Source: Candidatus Sulfomarinibacteraceae bacterium (lineage in GTDB: Bacteria; Acidobacteriota; Thermoanaerobaculia; Thermoanaerobaculales; Sulfomarinibacteraceae). Taken from it: DNA of 64,000 nt. A program made the translations under genes and the position numbers. Below are positions 19,447-31,442 of this stretch, piece by piece; the stretch's first letter is position 1, and every line of letters starts with the position of its first letter. The notes under the pieces are model-generated. The model did not search any database. It had not been told where the DNA came from and saw only the letters and a program-made list of their open reading frames with translations. The stretch covers positions 160,001 through 224,000 of the forward strand of contig CAWCLO010000006.1 in the NCBI GenBank assembly GCA_963796455.1, given 5' to 3'.

Positions 19447-19660
19447 ACCGCTACCTCCTTTTCCTTCCACGGGAGACGAAGGCCCGTTCTGTCCGACGCC
19501 TGACGACCCGATCGAGCCGAAACCGGTCGGACGACATTCGTTCCCTGGGAAGAACCGCACGAGTGGATGTAAAAACGCGCAGCCAGGGTCAGGAGGGTGG
19601 GGATGGGGCCACGGACACGGACGCTTTATGCGGAATCGGTCGCGTCAGAAACGACGCCGA

Positions 19661-22097
19661 CTACCAGTTTGGCGACACGGCTTCGGTCGCCCAATCATCC
19701 GAAGCCTCAGCGTTCTCGGGTTGTTGGTCGAGGCGTCGACGAACCTTGTCGGCAATCACCTCGAACTCCGGGAGGCCGCGCAGGGGGTCGAGGCCGGTTT
19801 CTTTGAAGAAGTCATTGTGTGCAAAACCGAGATCGAGCGCCTGTTGGAGCCGGCGCAGGGCCTCTTTGGTCTCACCCTGGCGAGCGAGATTGCACGCGAA
19901 ATTGTAAAGCGTGAATTCGAAATCCGGAAAATTCTCGATGATCTCGCTCTCCGCCGTCACCACCTCTTCGAACAGCTCGCGCGCCCCATCCAGATCGTCG
20001 GTGTGGAGTTTGACCGTTGCAGCGATATCCAGGGCGAGGTAGTAGGAACGATCTCTGGGGCCCCCGAGGTCTTTCAGGATGGCCACACCCTGCTCGACCA
20101 GGGGAAGCGCCTCTTCGCTCTCACCGAGCCAATCCAGCGTACGACGCGTAATTGACGAGGGTCCTGACCTTTGTATACGAATCCGGGCCGGAGAATCCTC
20201 CCCGCACCATCTCGGTTTGCTCGAGGAGCGTTTTCGCCAACTCGAGGTCCCCGCATGCCACCGCCAGCGCGCTGCATGCGGAGAGGGCGCTCTCGATGTC
20301 GGGGTTTCCCAAGCCGTTTCCATCCATCGTCACATGACCGACTCGTTCACTCATCTCCAGCGCTTGCTCGCGGTCTTCCGTCAGAAAGTAGGCGATGGCG
20401 AGTCGTTCGAGACTCATGATGATGTCTGGGTGGCCCGCCGGGAGCACCTCGTCTCGAATGGTAAGAGCCTCAACATGGGTGAGTAGGGCCCGCTCGTCCA
20501 TCTCGAGATCGAAATACAGATCCCCGAGATGGGAAAGACTCGTTGCATAGTCCGGGTGGATGGGTCCGAGATGGCGGCGCCGAATCGCGGCCCGACTCCT
20601 CGAGCAGCTCTCGCGCCTGATCGAACTCGCCCAGGCCGCCGTAGGAGACACCGAGAGCCATCAGGACCCGGGCCCGAGCAAGCGGCTCATTGGCGAGCTT
20701 GATCCGGGGGTGCTGCAACCCGCGGTCGAGGATTTCACGCGGACTCGTGGTCTGCCCCAGCCGCGAGGCGGGCTCAGATCGATGATGGTGGTTTCGATGA
20801 ACTCGGCGACAGGGGTCGAGGTCTCAGCTTCTCTTCGCGCCCGGTTCATCCCCAAGGTCGTGCCGAGGATCGCGGCCAACAGCGCCGCGACCACCAGGGT
20901 TCCGGCGGCAACCGCGAGGCGGTTCCTGCGGACGTACTTCCCCAGTCGATAGAGCACACTCGGCGGCCCCGCCGCCACCGGCCGGTGGCGTATATGTCGC
21001 GCGATGTCTTCGGGAAATTCCGCCGGTGATCCGTAGCGTCGCGAACGGTCCTTGTCGAGGACTTTGAGGACGATCCAGTCGAGGTCGCCCTGGAGCTGCT
21101 TCATGAGCGCTGCCGGTATCCATCGCCGTTCCGCGCAGCGCGCCGTGCGGCGCGACCCGCAGGCGGCTCACCCAGCGTCGCTCGGCGTGGGCGGCTCCAC
21201 CTCGCGGATGATCCGCTGGATCTCGTCGAAGCCGGCCTCCCGGAGCGTCTCTTCGCGGTCGAACGGCGGTGCGCCGGTGAGCAGCTCGTAGAGGAGCACG
21301 CCCAGCGAGTAGACGTCGCGTGCGCGTATCGACGTCGACGCTCGCTCAGCTCGGCCTGCTCCGGGCTCATGTAGTCCGGGGTGCCGATCAGCTGGCCGAG
21401 CTCGGTGTAGAGCGTGCTGCTCCGTCAGCGGCGGTGCGATCGCCTTGGCGATGCCGAAGTCGATGACCTTCGGGACCGGCGTCGCCGTCCTGCAGCGTGA
21501 CCAGGATGTTGCGAGGGTTTCAGGTCGCGGTGGATCACGCCCTTCTGGTGGGCGTGCTGGACCCCGCGCAGACTGCGAGAACAGACTCCAGCCGCTCGTG
21601 CAGACCGAAGCCGGTGGTCGTCGCAGTACTCGGTGATGCGGCAGCCCTCCACAAACTCCATCGCGAAGTATGGACGGCCATGCTCGGTCGCGCCGGCGTC
21701 GAAGACCATGGCGATGTTCGGGTGGTCCATCAGCGCCAGGGCCTGGCGTTCGATCTCGAAGCGGCGACAGCACCTGCCGGGTGTCCATCCCCCACTTGAC
21801 GAGTTTGAGCGCCACCCTGCGTTGGACCGGCGACTCCTGCTGCTGCTTCCCAGACCTCGCCCATCCCGCCCTCGCCCAGGCGGCGCACGACACGAAAATC
21901 TCCGATCATCGTCGGGTTTGCTGCCGTCTGTTCGGCTCGTTCAGCTCATCGTCGAGAGTCAACAGGTATTCCACCTCGCGCCGAAGATCCGCGTCGGGAT
22001 CGCAGGATTTTTCAAGAAACTCCGCCCGCTCGCTTCCCGCCAGTCCCTTGGCGCAGGAGAAGATCTTCTTCGCCCGTTGGTGGTTCTCGGTCGTCAT
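19661..22097 (-). pseudogene. Ser/Thr protein kinase with C-terminal TPR region, heavily frameshifted or degraded
   Basis: Fragments in different frames: [115 protein letters not shown]-like pieces; ATG overlaps sigma-factor stop (ATGA). Confidence 0.8.
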
Positions 22098-22748
22098 TCT
22101 TCCGGCTCTCCCACCAGTTCCCGAAAGAGCCAGACTCGCGCATGGAGCCAATCGTTGTTGACCGTTCGTGGCGAGACCTCGAGGACATGGGCAATCTGCT
22201 CGATCGTCAGACCGCCGAAGAACCGCATGGTCACGACAGCGGCCTGCCGTTGGTCGAGTTCGGCCAGTTTGTCGACCGCTCGGTTGAGCGATAACAACTG
22301 GTCGTAATCGAAGAGTTCACGGCCGGGGCTGGTCAGCGCGGCCGTCAGCGCGACACGCTCCCAGGATCTCCCCCTCTTGACCGCCGCCCGGTCGCGGGCA
22401 TGATTGATCAGGAGGCGTCGCATGACCCGTGCTCCCACGGCCAGGAAGTGGGTCCGCCCCTTCCGACGTGGCGCGGGTCTGATCCACCAGCTTGAGGTAA
22501 GCCTCGTGAACCAATGCAGTCGGCTGCAAGGTGTGGCCCGGATTCTCGCGGCTCATGAACTTGCCCGCGATCCTTCGCATCTCGTCGTAAACATAGGGAA
22601 AGAGATCTTCGGCCGACGGAGAATCGGTGCCGTCGGCCTCGGCGTAGCGTTCGACACAATCCGTAACGATCTTTCGCGTAGCGGCGTTCGTTTCAATTTC
22701 GAACGGCACCAGATTTTCGTCGTCGCGAGATGGTCCAGAGTCCGTCAT
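22094..22748 (-). CDS. ECF RNA polymerase sigma factor, TIGR02999 type; one +1 frameshift at ~22465
   Basis: LFPYVYDEMRRIA..ENPGHTLQPTALVHEAYLKL then, after removing one C, WKGRTHFLAVGARVMRRLLINHAR..KRG..RFFGGLT..SPRTVNNDW..ARVWL. Confidence 0.9.
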
Positions 22749-22992
22749 GGTCTCACCAACAGACCGAATGGTATCAGGTTGCGCCATTTCCTGAAAAACG
22801 GGGCGAGCATAGACGAGGTCTCGGGTGCTCATGAGAACACACCCACCGGACCCCTGAAAATAGCACCTGAGTCGATCGTCGTGCCGTACGCACTGGAAGA
22901 AAAAAGGCATGGCGTAGGTCTCCCTTTCTTTGACGCACGAAAAGGAGGGGAAACACGCAACCTTCGCCGCCGGCGTCAACAGGGGATATGTG

Positions 22993-24939
22993 ATGATCAT
23001 GAATAACGATTTACCGAATATCATCCGTCAACTCTTCTCGCTGTTCGCCGTGTTCACGGCGATGCTCTGCTCTTTCATATCCTCCGCTTCCGAGATCCAC
23101 GATCAGATCCCGGGCGAGAACCCCCAGGCGATCCGGTCGCTCCTCGCTGCCGACCCGGACCTCGTCAACCAACGCGATGAAAACGGCCGGACACCACTCC
23201 ACATCGCCTGTCGAGGCGACCACCCGGAAACCGTCAAGCTCCTGGTCTCGGCGGGGGCCGATGTCAACGCCGCCGACGACTACCAGAGCAGACCGATTCA
23301 CTTCCTCGCCTACCGGAATCTCGTTGCATCGATGCGGGTGTTGCTCGACAACAAGGCCGACATCAACGTGCAGAACCACGGCATGAATACACCCCTCCAC
23401 TATGCGGCGTTGGCCGATCACGAGGCGGCGGCAGCTCTTCTGGTGGCTGCAGGTGCCGGTCTCGAGATCACCGACGACTATGGACGCACCCCATTGATTG
23501 TGTGCGCCAGGGAGGACGGTGGCGCCGGGACCGCCAAGATCCTGCTCGAAGCCGGCGCCGATGTCTCGGCGAAAGACATCCACGATGACGACGCGCTGAT
23601 GCTCGCTGCCTGGCGGGGCAAAAAAGACGTGGTCGATCTCCTGCTCGACGCCGGGGGCGCCGTTCCCAAAAAGGGCCCCGATTCTCGGACCCTCTTCCGG
23701 TACGCAGCAGAAAACGGGCTGACGAGACTATTCAAAAACCTCGTGACGGCCGGGGGAGACCCGGTATTCATTCTTGACAGCGGCGGCACCCTGGCTCATC
23801 TGGCGGCCGCCGGCGGTTCGCTCGAAATCCTCAGGGGACTCGCCGCCCGTGGTTTGGACATCGACGCTCGGGACGACAACGGGTGGACCCCGCTCCACTA
23901 TGCGGCCCGCGACGGACGGGTCGAGTGCGTACGGTGGTTGTGCGGGGAGAAAACCGAGATCGACGCCCGCACCCTTCAAGGCCAGACGGCCTACAACATC
24001 GCTCTCGAACGCGGGATGTCTCAGACTGTGGAGACCTTGAGAGCGGCCGGTGCCGATATGGGGCCCATGCAATTTCCAGAAATTCGGGGGCCTTATCTCG
24101 GTCTGAAACCGCCGGGCGGAACCCCCAGAGTATTTGCCCGGGGAATCGTTTCCTCGGTGTGGAGCCTGCACAGCTCAGTTGCATTTTCTCCCGACGGCCG
24201 CACCGCACTCTGGTCGCCCATGGAGGGTTGGCCGGGTGAGGTCTACTCGAGGAGCAATATCATGATGCTGCGCATGCAAGGCGACCGATGGGCTCCACCC
24301 GAGTGGGCGCCATTCACCAGTGAGGATCGCGGCGATGTGGCCTTTTTCGCGCCGGACGGTAGCCGCATCTATTTCCTTTCGCGCCGAACGCTCCCCGATG
24401 AGGAGCCGTCCCAACGGGAACGGATCTGGTTCGCCGATCGCGCCGGGGACACCTGGGGCCCGGCGCAACTGGTCGACCCGATCGTCAACGACTACCCGCA
24501 GCACTGGCAGTTTTCGGTGGATGCAGCTCATACCATCTATTTCACGGCGGATCTTCCTGAGGGCCGGGGAGGCGGCGATATCTACCGGGCGACCCATGTC
24601 GACGGCAACTGGCAGCAACCGGTGAACCTCGGTTCGAGTATCAACTCCGACAAGGATGAGTCCACTCCGTTCATTGCGCCCGACGGCAGCTATCTCCTGT
24701 TCCAACGCGAGGGAGATCTCTTATTGAGCTTCCGCGCCGAATCCGGCTCGTGGACCACGCCGCAGGGCCTCGGAGCGGAGATCAACTCGACTGATCGAGA
24801 GCTCTGTCCGCTGGCCCCGCCCGACGGGAAATACCTCTTCTTTCTCCGCTATCGCGGCGGACGGACACAGGCCTGGTGGGTCGCCGCCGATTTCATCACC
24901 GACCTGCGGCCGCAGCCTGCGGCCGCGCACGAGGAATAA
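22993..24939 (+). CDS. Exported ankyrin-repeat protein with C-terminal WD40-like (PD40) propeller
   Basis: Multiple GxTPLHxA ankyrin repeats; GPYLGLKPPG.TPRVFARGIVS; FSPDG/APDG repeats; PVNLGSSINS; exact start uncertain (22990-22999). Confidence 0.88.
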   Translation: MIMNNDLPNIIRQLFSLFAVFTAMLCSFISSASEIHDQIPGENPQAIRSLLAADPDLVNQRDENGRTPLHIACRGDHPETVKLLVSAGADVNAADDYQSRPIHFLAYRNLVASMRVLLDNKADINVQNHGMNTPLHYAALADHEAAAALLVAAGAGLEITDDYGRTPLIVCAREDGGAGTAKILLEAGADVSAKDIHDDDALMLAAWRGKKDVVDLLLDAGGAVPKKGPDSRTLFRYAAENGLTRLFKNLVTAGGDPVFILDSGGTLAHLAAAGGSLEILRGLAARGLDIDARDDNGWTPLHYAARDGRVECVRWLCGEKTEIDARTLQGQTAYNIALERGMSQTVETLRAAGADMGPMQFPEIRGPYLGLKPPGGTPRVFARGIVSSVWSLHSSVAFSPDGRTALWSPMEGWPGEVYSRSNIMMLRMQGDRWAPPEWAPFTSEDRGDVAFFAPDGSRIYFLSRRTLPDEEPSQRERIWFADRAGDTWGPAQLVDPIVNDYPQHWQFSVDAAHTIYFTADLPEGRGGGDIYRATHVDGNWQQPVNLGSSINSDKDESTPFIAPDGSYLLFQREGDLLLSFRAESGSWTTPQGLGAEINSTDRELCPLAPPDGKYLFFLRYRGGRTQAWWVAADFITDLRPQPAAAHEE

Positions 24940-24955
24940 AGCGAGAAACAACTCC

Positions 24956-25290
24956 ATGAAGATCCGGCGCACCATCGAAAAAGAGCTCGGGCCCGGCGAG
25001 ATCTTCGCGCTGATCAATACCCAGGGCCACGGGGACCACACATACGGCAACCAGGTGTTTCGAGATGTCCCGATCATCGCGCACTCGAGCGTTGTGGCGA
25101 CCATCGTCGACGCCGAAGGGCGCCGGGCGCAGACTGCGGCGAAGCTCGAAATGGTCCTTGCCCGTCTGGAGGACCGCCTCGACGGGGTGGAGGCTGACAG
25201 CGCGGGTTCGGAGCAGCTGCAAGCGAAAATCAGGTATTACGAGGCGATGCACCTCGGTCTCACCGACGGATTCGTGCTGACCCCACCGAC
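24956..25290 (+). pseudogene. Internal fragment of an MBL-fold metallo-hydrolase
   Basis: INTQGHGDHTYGNQVFRDVPIIAH...DGFVLTPPT aligns with the intact 59748 gene (INTHSHFDHTGGNQVFSDATIIGH...DGYLPTTPA); both termini missing. Confidence 0.7.
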
Positions 25291-25314
25291 CCGGCCGACC
25301 TCTGCCGGCGGTTC

Positions 25315-26736
25315 TTACTCGCCGGCTTCGAGCCGCTTGAGGACCTGGATCGCGTTGTCGAAGGTCGGGTCGATCTCGAGCGCCTTGCGATAGGCCGCAA
25401 TTCCCTTTTCGCGGTCCCCGTTGGAAAGGTAGGACTCACCCAGGCTGTCCCAGGTATTTGCATCATCGGGAAACCGTTGCGTATTGAGTTCGAAGACCGC
25501 AATGGCTGCCGCAACCTCGCCCTCACCCAAAAACTCATAGCCGAGCATGTTGAGGTCGCTGCTCGAGCGAAGTCGGTAGCCCTTTTCTTCGAGGAATCCC
25601 CCGATGTCGGCCGGAGCCGGATCGAGACCGCCACCCTTCAACGCTCCGTATACGGCCTGTCCGATGGGCTGTTGCGGCGGTTCATAGCTCTCACCGAAAA
25701 CGATCGCCTCGATCGTTCGCGCGGGCCCCATGGCGGCACCGGTGTAATTGGAGAGCACGATGATTGTGACCTCGTCTTCAAGGAAGCGCAGAAACATGGC
25801 GCTGACGCCGGCGGTGCCACCGCCATGAAAAATGGCGCGGCGACCATTGCGCTCGCGGATCTGCCATGTGTAGCCATAGTTGTCGAGATTCGGGGTGTAC
25901 ATTTTTGCCTTCGACTCATTGCTGATGAGGGTCTCGCCACGAAGTGCGCGATCGAACTTGAGCAGATCCAGCACCGTCGTCTCGATACCGCCATCCGCAC
26001 AGGCGGGTGGAGCCTGGCAAACGGCTGCGGTGAATTTCCCTGAAAGACCTTTTGTGTAGCCGGTGGCCCGATTCGGCACGACCTCGTCCCAGAAGTTGAT
26101 TCCCGTGGAGGTCATTCCGGTTGGACCGAGAATATTTTTCTGCAGATACTCCTCATACTGCAGGCCGCTGACTTTTTCGATCACCAAACCGAGGACCACG
26201 ACGCCGGAATTTGAGTACGCGAATTCAGACCCGGGCTCATCGAAACGCAGTTCCTGGTCATAGACCAGGGGCAGGAAATCATCGATTTCGCGGAGCCGCG
26301 CCATCTGCGTCCTGAATCCGGGGTGCGCCATGTAGTTCGAGAGTCCCGAGGTGTGCGACAGGAGGTGGTGAATCGTGATCCCATCCCCATAAGGAAACTC
26401 CGGGAGGTACCGGGTGACCGGCGCCTCGAGTTCGACCTTGCCCGCCTCCACGAGCTGCATGATGGCCGTACCGGTCAGGGTCTTGCCGATGGATCCGATG
26501 TTGAAGCGGGTTTCCAGAATATTGGCGACACCATGATCTTTGTTGGCTTCCCCGAAGGCGGCGGCATAGATCACATCGCCCTGTCGTGCCACCAACACAG
26601 TGCCCGAGAACAGGTCGAGCTCCGCGTACTCGCCCATAACTCGATCGATCGACTCGACCACCTCCACAGCCTGTAAACATCCCGCGGCGAAGATCGAGAC
26701 GACGACCAGAACGAAAGAAACCTGCAAACGTTTCAT
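25315..26736 (-). CDS. Serine hydrolase (beta-lactamase class C / S12-like) with C-terminal TPR
   Basis: FNIGSIGK (SxxK), LLSHTSG, FAYSN, HGGG; C-terminal ANTWDSLGESYL TPR; signal peptide. Confidence 0.92.
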   Translation of the reverse strand: MKRLQVSFVLVVVSIFAAGCLQAVEVVESIDRVMGEYAELDLFSGTVLVARQGDVIYAAAFGEANKDHGVANILETRFNIGSIGKTLTGTAIMQLVEAGKVELEAPVTRYLPEFPYGDGITIHHLLSHTSGLSNYMAHPGFRTQMARLREIDDFLPLVYDQELRFDEPGSEFAYSNSGVVVLGLVIEKVSGLQYEEYLQKNILGPTGMTSTGINFWDEVVPNRATGYTKGLSGKFTAAVCQAPPACADGGIETTVLDLLKFDRALRGETLISNESKAKMYTPNLDNYGYTWQIRERNGRRAIFHGGGTAGVSAMFLRFLEDEVTIIVLSNYTGAAMGPARTIEAIVFGESYEPPQQPIGQAVYGALKGGGLDPAPADIGGFLEEKGYRLRSSSDLNMLGYEFLGEGEVAAAIAVFELNTQRFPDDANTWDSLGESYLSNGDREKGIAAYRKALEIDPTFDNAIQVLKRLEAGE

Positions 26737-26864
26737 GACAATCCCCCACCATCGTTTGGCGATCATTGTGACTTCAGGTACGAGCCGCACGACGCAAAGG
26801 TTATCGCAGCGCACCGCACCGCTGTAGAATGGCGCCGCGTCGCATGAGCGACGCGGGGGGGAAA

Positions 26865-28992
26865 ATGAAACGACAGCTTCTCTCGATAACCCTGTCCGGT
26901 CTCACGACGATCGCCCTACTGGGTTGCGGTTATGTCGAAGACACCTCGACCGCCATCGCCTATCCGCCAACCGAGCGCGGCGATGTTGTCGACACCTATT
27001 TCGGTGTGGAGGTTGCCGACCCCTATCGGTGGCTCGAGGATCTCGATGGCGAGTCGGTGGCTGCCTGGGTCAAGGCCCAGAACGACATCTCCTTCCCCTT
27101 CCTCGAGGCGATCCCACAACGCGAAGCGATCAAACAACGTCTGACCGAACTGTGGAATTACGAGCGCTATGGGATACCGAAGAAAGAGGGCGCCAGGTAC
27201 TTCTTCGCCCGCAACGACGGCCTCCAGGATCAGAGCGTGCTCTATGTCTCCGAATCCCTCGAAGGTGAGCCCCGGGTCCTGATCGACCCCAATACCTTTT
27301 CCGATGATGCCACGATCGCCCTGTCTTCCTGGGTGCCGAGCCCCGATGGAAAGTGGATCGCCTATTCCACCTCCGACGGCGGAACCGATTGGAAGACCTG
27401 GCACATCCGCAACGTGGACACCGGAGAGGACCTTGCGGACTCGATCAACCGCTGCAAATTCACCGGCGTCTCGTGGTCAAAAAACAGCGGCGGCTTTTTC
27501 TACAGCCGCTACCCGGCCGGCGAGGATGGCAGGGGCGACGGTTCGAAAACCACCTCGGTCTATTTCCACACCAAGGGCACGTCACAGGAAGATGACGAGC
27601 ACATCTACACCATTCCCGGCGGCACGAAAAAGAACCCCTACGCGACGGTCACCGACGATGGCAATTATCTGGTCGTGACCAATCGTTATGGCTATGACGC
27701 CAACGAAGTCTTTTATCTTCGCCTCGGCTCCGGCCAGACCGATCACACAGCCATTTTCGATCAATGGGACGCGCGCTACAACTTTGTCGGCAACGACGGA
27801 GAAACTTTTTTCTTCTGGACCAACAGGGATGCGCCACGGGGACGCGTGATCGCCGTTGATCTTGGAGCAGGAGCAGGCTCCCTCCGTGAGGTCGTGCCCG
27901 AGGCCGAGGAAACTCTGAGCTCGGTCTCCTTTGTCGGCCGACACCTCATCGGACAATACTTGCGGGACGCCCACAGCCTGATCCGGGTTTTTGCAGAGGA
28001 TGGAGCCCTCGTCCGCGAGGCGGCGCTCCCGGGCATGGGCACTGCGCGCGGTTTTTCCGGCCGCGGCGACGACACCGAGACCTTCTTTTCCTACACCGAT
28101 TTCACGACACCGACCGCGATCTTCCGATACACGGTGGACAGCGACGAGAGCAAGCTCTTCGCCCGCTCCCAGCCCCCGGTCGATCTCACCGGTTATGAGG
28201 CCAAACAGGTTTTCTTCGAATCGAAGGACGGCACCCGGGTGCCCATGTTCATCGTCCATCGCAAGGGACTGGCTCTCGACGGGCAGAATCCAACTCTGCT
28301 CTATGGATATGGCGGATTCAACAGCTCGCGAGACTCCGTCCTACCGCTCGACGCGGATGGTGTGGCTCGAGATGGGAGGCGTGCTGGTCATCGCCAACAT
28401 CCGCGGCGGCGGCGAGTACGGCAAGGCTTGGCACGTAGCCGGCACCAAGCTGCAGAAACAGAACGTCTTCGATGACTTCATCGCGGCGGCCGAGTGGCTG
28501 ATCGCCAACGGCTATACCTCGACCCCGAAACTGGCCGTCCAGGGGGGCAGCAATGGCGGCCTCCTGGTCGGCGCCGTCATCACCCAACGTCCTGATCTCT
28601 TTGGTGCGGCGCTGCCTGCCGTCGGGGTGCTCGACATGCTGCGCTACCACCTGCCCAGTGCCAATGCCCGACAGTGGTCGTCGGACTACGGTCTTTCGGA
28701 AAACGAGGACGAGTTCCGGGCACAGCTCGCCTACTCGCCCTATCACAACACGGTCGAGGGCACCTGTTACCCGCCTACACTGATCACCACCGCTGACCAC
28801 GACGACCGGGTGGTTCCGTGGCACAGTTTCAAGTTCGGAGCGGCGCTGCAGAACGCCCAGGCATGCGACAACCCGATCCTGATCCGGGTCGAAACCCGGG
28901 CCGGTCACGGCTCCGGCAAACCCACCTGGATGCAGATCGAGGCGATCGCGGACCAGTGGGCGTTTCTGGCAAAGGCATTGCACCTTGAATAA
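26865..28992 (+). CDS. Prolyl oligopeptidase (S9A), lipoprotein; one +1 frameshift at ~28329
   Basis: [29 protein letters not shown] | [25 protein letters not shown]. Confidence 0.93.
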
Positions 28993-29013
28993 TTCAAAGA
29001 TCGGCCGGCGATC

Positions 29014-30148
29014 ATGACTGCGACCGGAAAAAACACCGTCGACTGCCCGCATCGCGTCCCGTGTGGCGCCTGCTCACTGCTGCGAAAGCCCTACCCGGAG
29101 CAGCTCAAACAAAAGCGACGGTGGCTCGGCGAAGCCCTCGACAAAGAACTCACCATTCAGACCGAGCAGGTGCTTCTGACCCTCGAGTCGCCTCTGATCG
29201 AGGGCTATCGAAACCGGGCCAAGATGGCGATCTCCACCGATCGCGACAGGCGATCCAGTCTCGGGTATTTCCAACGGCGCAGCCGGGAGGTGGTGGACGC
29301 ACCCGATTGCGGCGTGCTGGTCCCGGAGTTGCTCCAGACCACCCGGAGTCTCCGCCGCTTGATGAATTCATCCACCCGATTTCCCTTCGTACTCCGGCAT
29401 GTCGACCTCCGCTGCGGCAGCGATCCTCGACAACAGCACCTGACCCTCGTCATCAAGTCGGAGACCCTGCCAAAGATCCCTCTCGAGGCCATCGTGAATG
29501 CCTGCCCCAACGTGGCCGGGATCGCCGTCAACCTCAACCCCAAAGGAGGTCCCCAGGTCATCAAGGGCCGGATTGATCCCCTGTGGGGCGAACGCGAGGT
29601 CTGGGTCCGATCCGCAGGCCTCGAATTGAGAGTCTCCCCAGGTTCGTTTTTCCAGGTGAATCTGGGCCTTTTGGAGAAGATCCACTCGCGGATGGCGGAG
29701 TTTCTCGGAGAAGGCAAACTGCTCTTCGACCTGTACGCCGGTGTCGGAACCCATGCCCTTGCCCTGCGTCAACAGTTCCGGCGCATCCTCTGCGTCGAGG
29801 GCGTCCGCAGCGCAACGGCGGATGCCAAAGCGGCGGTCAAATTGGGCCGGGTGGAAAATGTCGAGATCCTGGCCAATCCGATCCGCCGCGCACTGCACCG
29901 GCTCCGTTCCGAAAAACCCGACGCCGTGATCCTCAACCCTTCCGCTGCCGGCGCCGAAGAATTGGCCCTTGAAATGATCGTCGAGTCAACGGCGACGCTC
30001 GGTGGCCTATCTCTCCTGCGACCCCGAGACCCTTGCCCGCGATCTCGCCATCCTCGTCAAGGGCGGTTTCAAACTGGTCACGGTCCAGGCCGTCGACATG
30101 ATGCCGCAGACCCGGCAGGTGGAATCGCTGACACTCTTGCGTCGCTGA
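29014..30148 (+). CDS. rlmD: 23S rRNA m5U methyltransferase, RlmD/RumA family (no TRAM domain); frameshift at ~30000
   Basis: [11 protein letters not shown]e-S motif, YRNRAK, SFFQVN, DLYAGVG; shifted frame gives [27 protein letters not shown] at 30148. Confidence 0.8.
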
Positions 30149-30238
30149 CCACGGCGTCCGTCGGCAAAGCTCCCCGATGACGTTACCGGTAAAAGCCGCC
30201 ATCGGTTGACCGTCACATGAGCCGACGAGAATCGCTGT

Positions 30239-31422
30239 CTATCTCGTGCTCCACGTCCCGCTGCACGAATAAGCCTCGCCCCAGGCGGTGGCCACGTTCT
30301 TGATTTCACCGCTGCCGGTGAGAGCGTTGCCGGAAGCCGATGGGTTGACGTGCCCCGTCATCACGATGGTGTCCATCGATGTGACCGAGATCTCGCCGGC
30401 GGCATTGACCGTTCCCTCCGCGATTCGGGTGAAATTATCGAAGTACAAAAGACCTTCGGCCTTGGGCACTTTGACGGTCAGGTCGAAATTCCCGGTCGTC
30501 GTCACTGCCCCGATCGGCTGGCATTTCCACTGGTAATCACCCTTCAAGGTGTACTCCCCGCTGCCCAAATGACCACTGCCGGTCGATGGTGAAGCCACGG
30601 TGCTCGGCGGTTGGTTCGGAACCACAGGCGGTGGTGGTGGCGGGGCGGTCGTCGGTGGTGACGGCTGCGATTGCGTTTGGCCCGCAGGTGGAGACACCGG
30701 CGCGTCGGTCCCACCGGGCTGTGGATCGCCGATCGTGGCCAACGCCGACTCCAGCTGTCGTCGCAGCTCCGGATCCTTGATCTGACTCATATCGATCTTG
30801 CCCACCATCGATCCCGATTCCTCCGGTTGCGGCGTCGGCACGGGAGTGGGAACGGCCCGGATGGTCGGCGTTGGTGTTGGTGGTGGCGGCGGCGGCTGAT
30901 TCCTCGGCGGGTTTCCCGGAGGGTTCCCAGGAGGGTTCCCAGGAGGGTCCTTCCGGGAGGCAACACGAGAGGAGCCGGCGGCATGGCGCAGCGCAGTTGC
31001 CCCCTGTCGTTGGGCAAACACTGCATGCCGGCGCCACAGATGGCGGTTCCACAGCATTCCGCGGGCGGCACCGCACAGCGCGAGCCACCGGCGCAGTTCA
31101 TGCAGACCATGCCAGCACCGCAGATCGCCGAACCACAGCACACTGCCGGACGAACTGCACAGCGTGAACCACCGGCGCAGTTCATACAGATCATGTTGTC
31201 GCCGCAAACGGCGTCGCCACAACACACCGCTGGCGGCACAGCGCACTCGGGGCCACGCGCACAAACGATGCATTGCATGTTCGGGCCGCAATCGTCGGAG
31301 CCCGGTCGACAGTCGTCTGCCCACAAGACCGTTGGTTGGATCAACGCGTAACCTGAAATGATCAACACACAGACCGCAAACCCGAGAGAGTACCGAGGCC
31401 TCGAGAACGTTTGTTCATTCAT
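30239..31422 (-). CDS. Secreted protein with 28-aa Cys-rich repeats, Pro-rich linker and C-terminal beta domain; frameshift at ~30978
   Basis: Signal peptide then ~3.5 copies of CGxxMxCxxCAxGxxCAVxPAxCCGxAx; continues in the other frame as DPPGNPPGNPPGNPPRN..PPPPPPTPTP.. Confidence 0.75.
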
Positions 31423-31442
31423 CTTCAACTCTCCCCGCCGGA

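Noticed and set aside
19600..19630. Third copy of the dispersed repeat (CACGGACACGGACGC)
   Set aside because: Only ~15 nt of hexamer-like similarity; the conserved flanking blocks are absent
19447..19660. Riboswitch (cobalamin/TPP) upstream of the TonB receptor
   Set aside because: Some hairpin potential, but I could not find the conserved B12-box or TPP core motifs
25315..26736. Bona fide antibiotic-resistance beta-lactamase (also 53215-54289, MBL 59748-60797, APH-fold 15188-16288)
   Set aside because: Only fold-level motifs; these superfamilies are mostly peptidases, esterases or sugar kinases, and there is no mobile-element context
28320..28340. Programmed ribosomal frameshifting in the split genes
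   Set aside because: No slippery heptamers at the shift sites; these families are not known to use recoding
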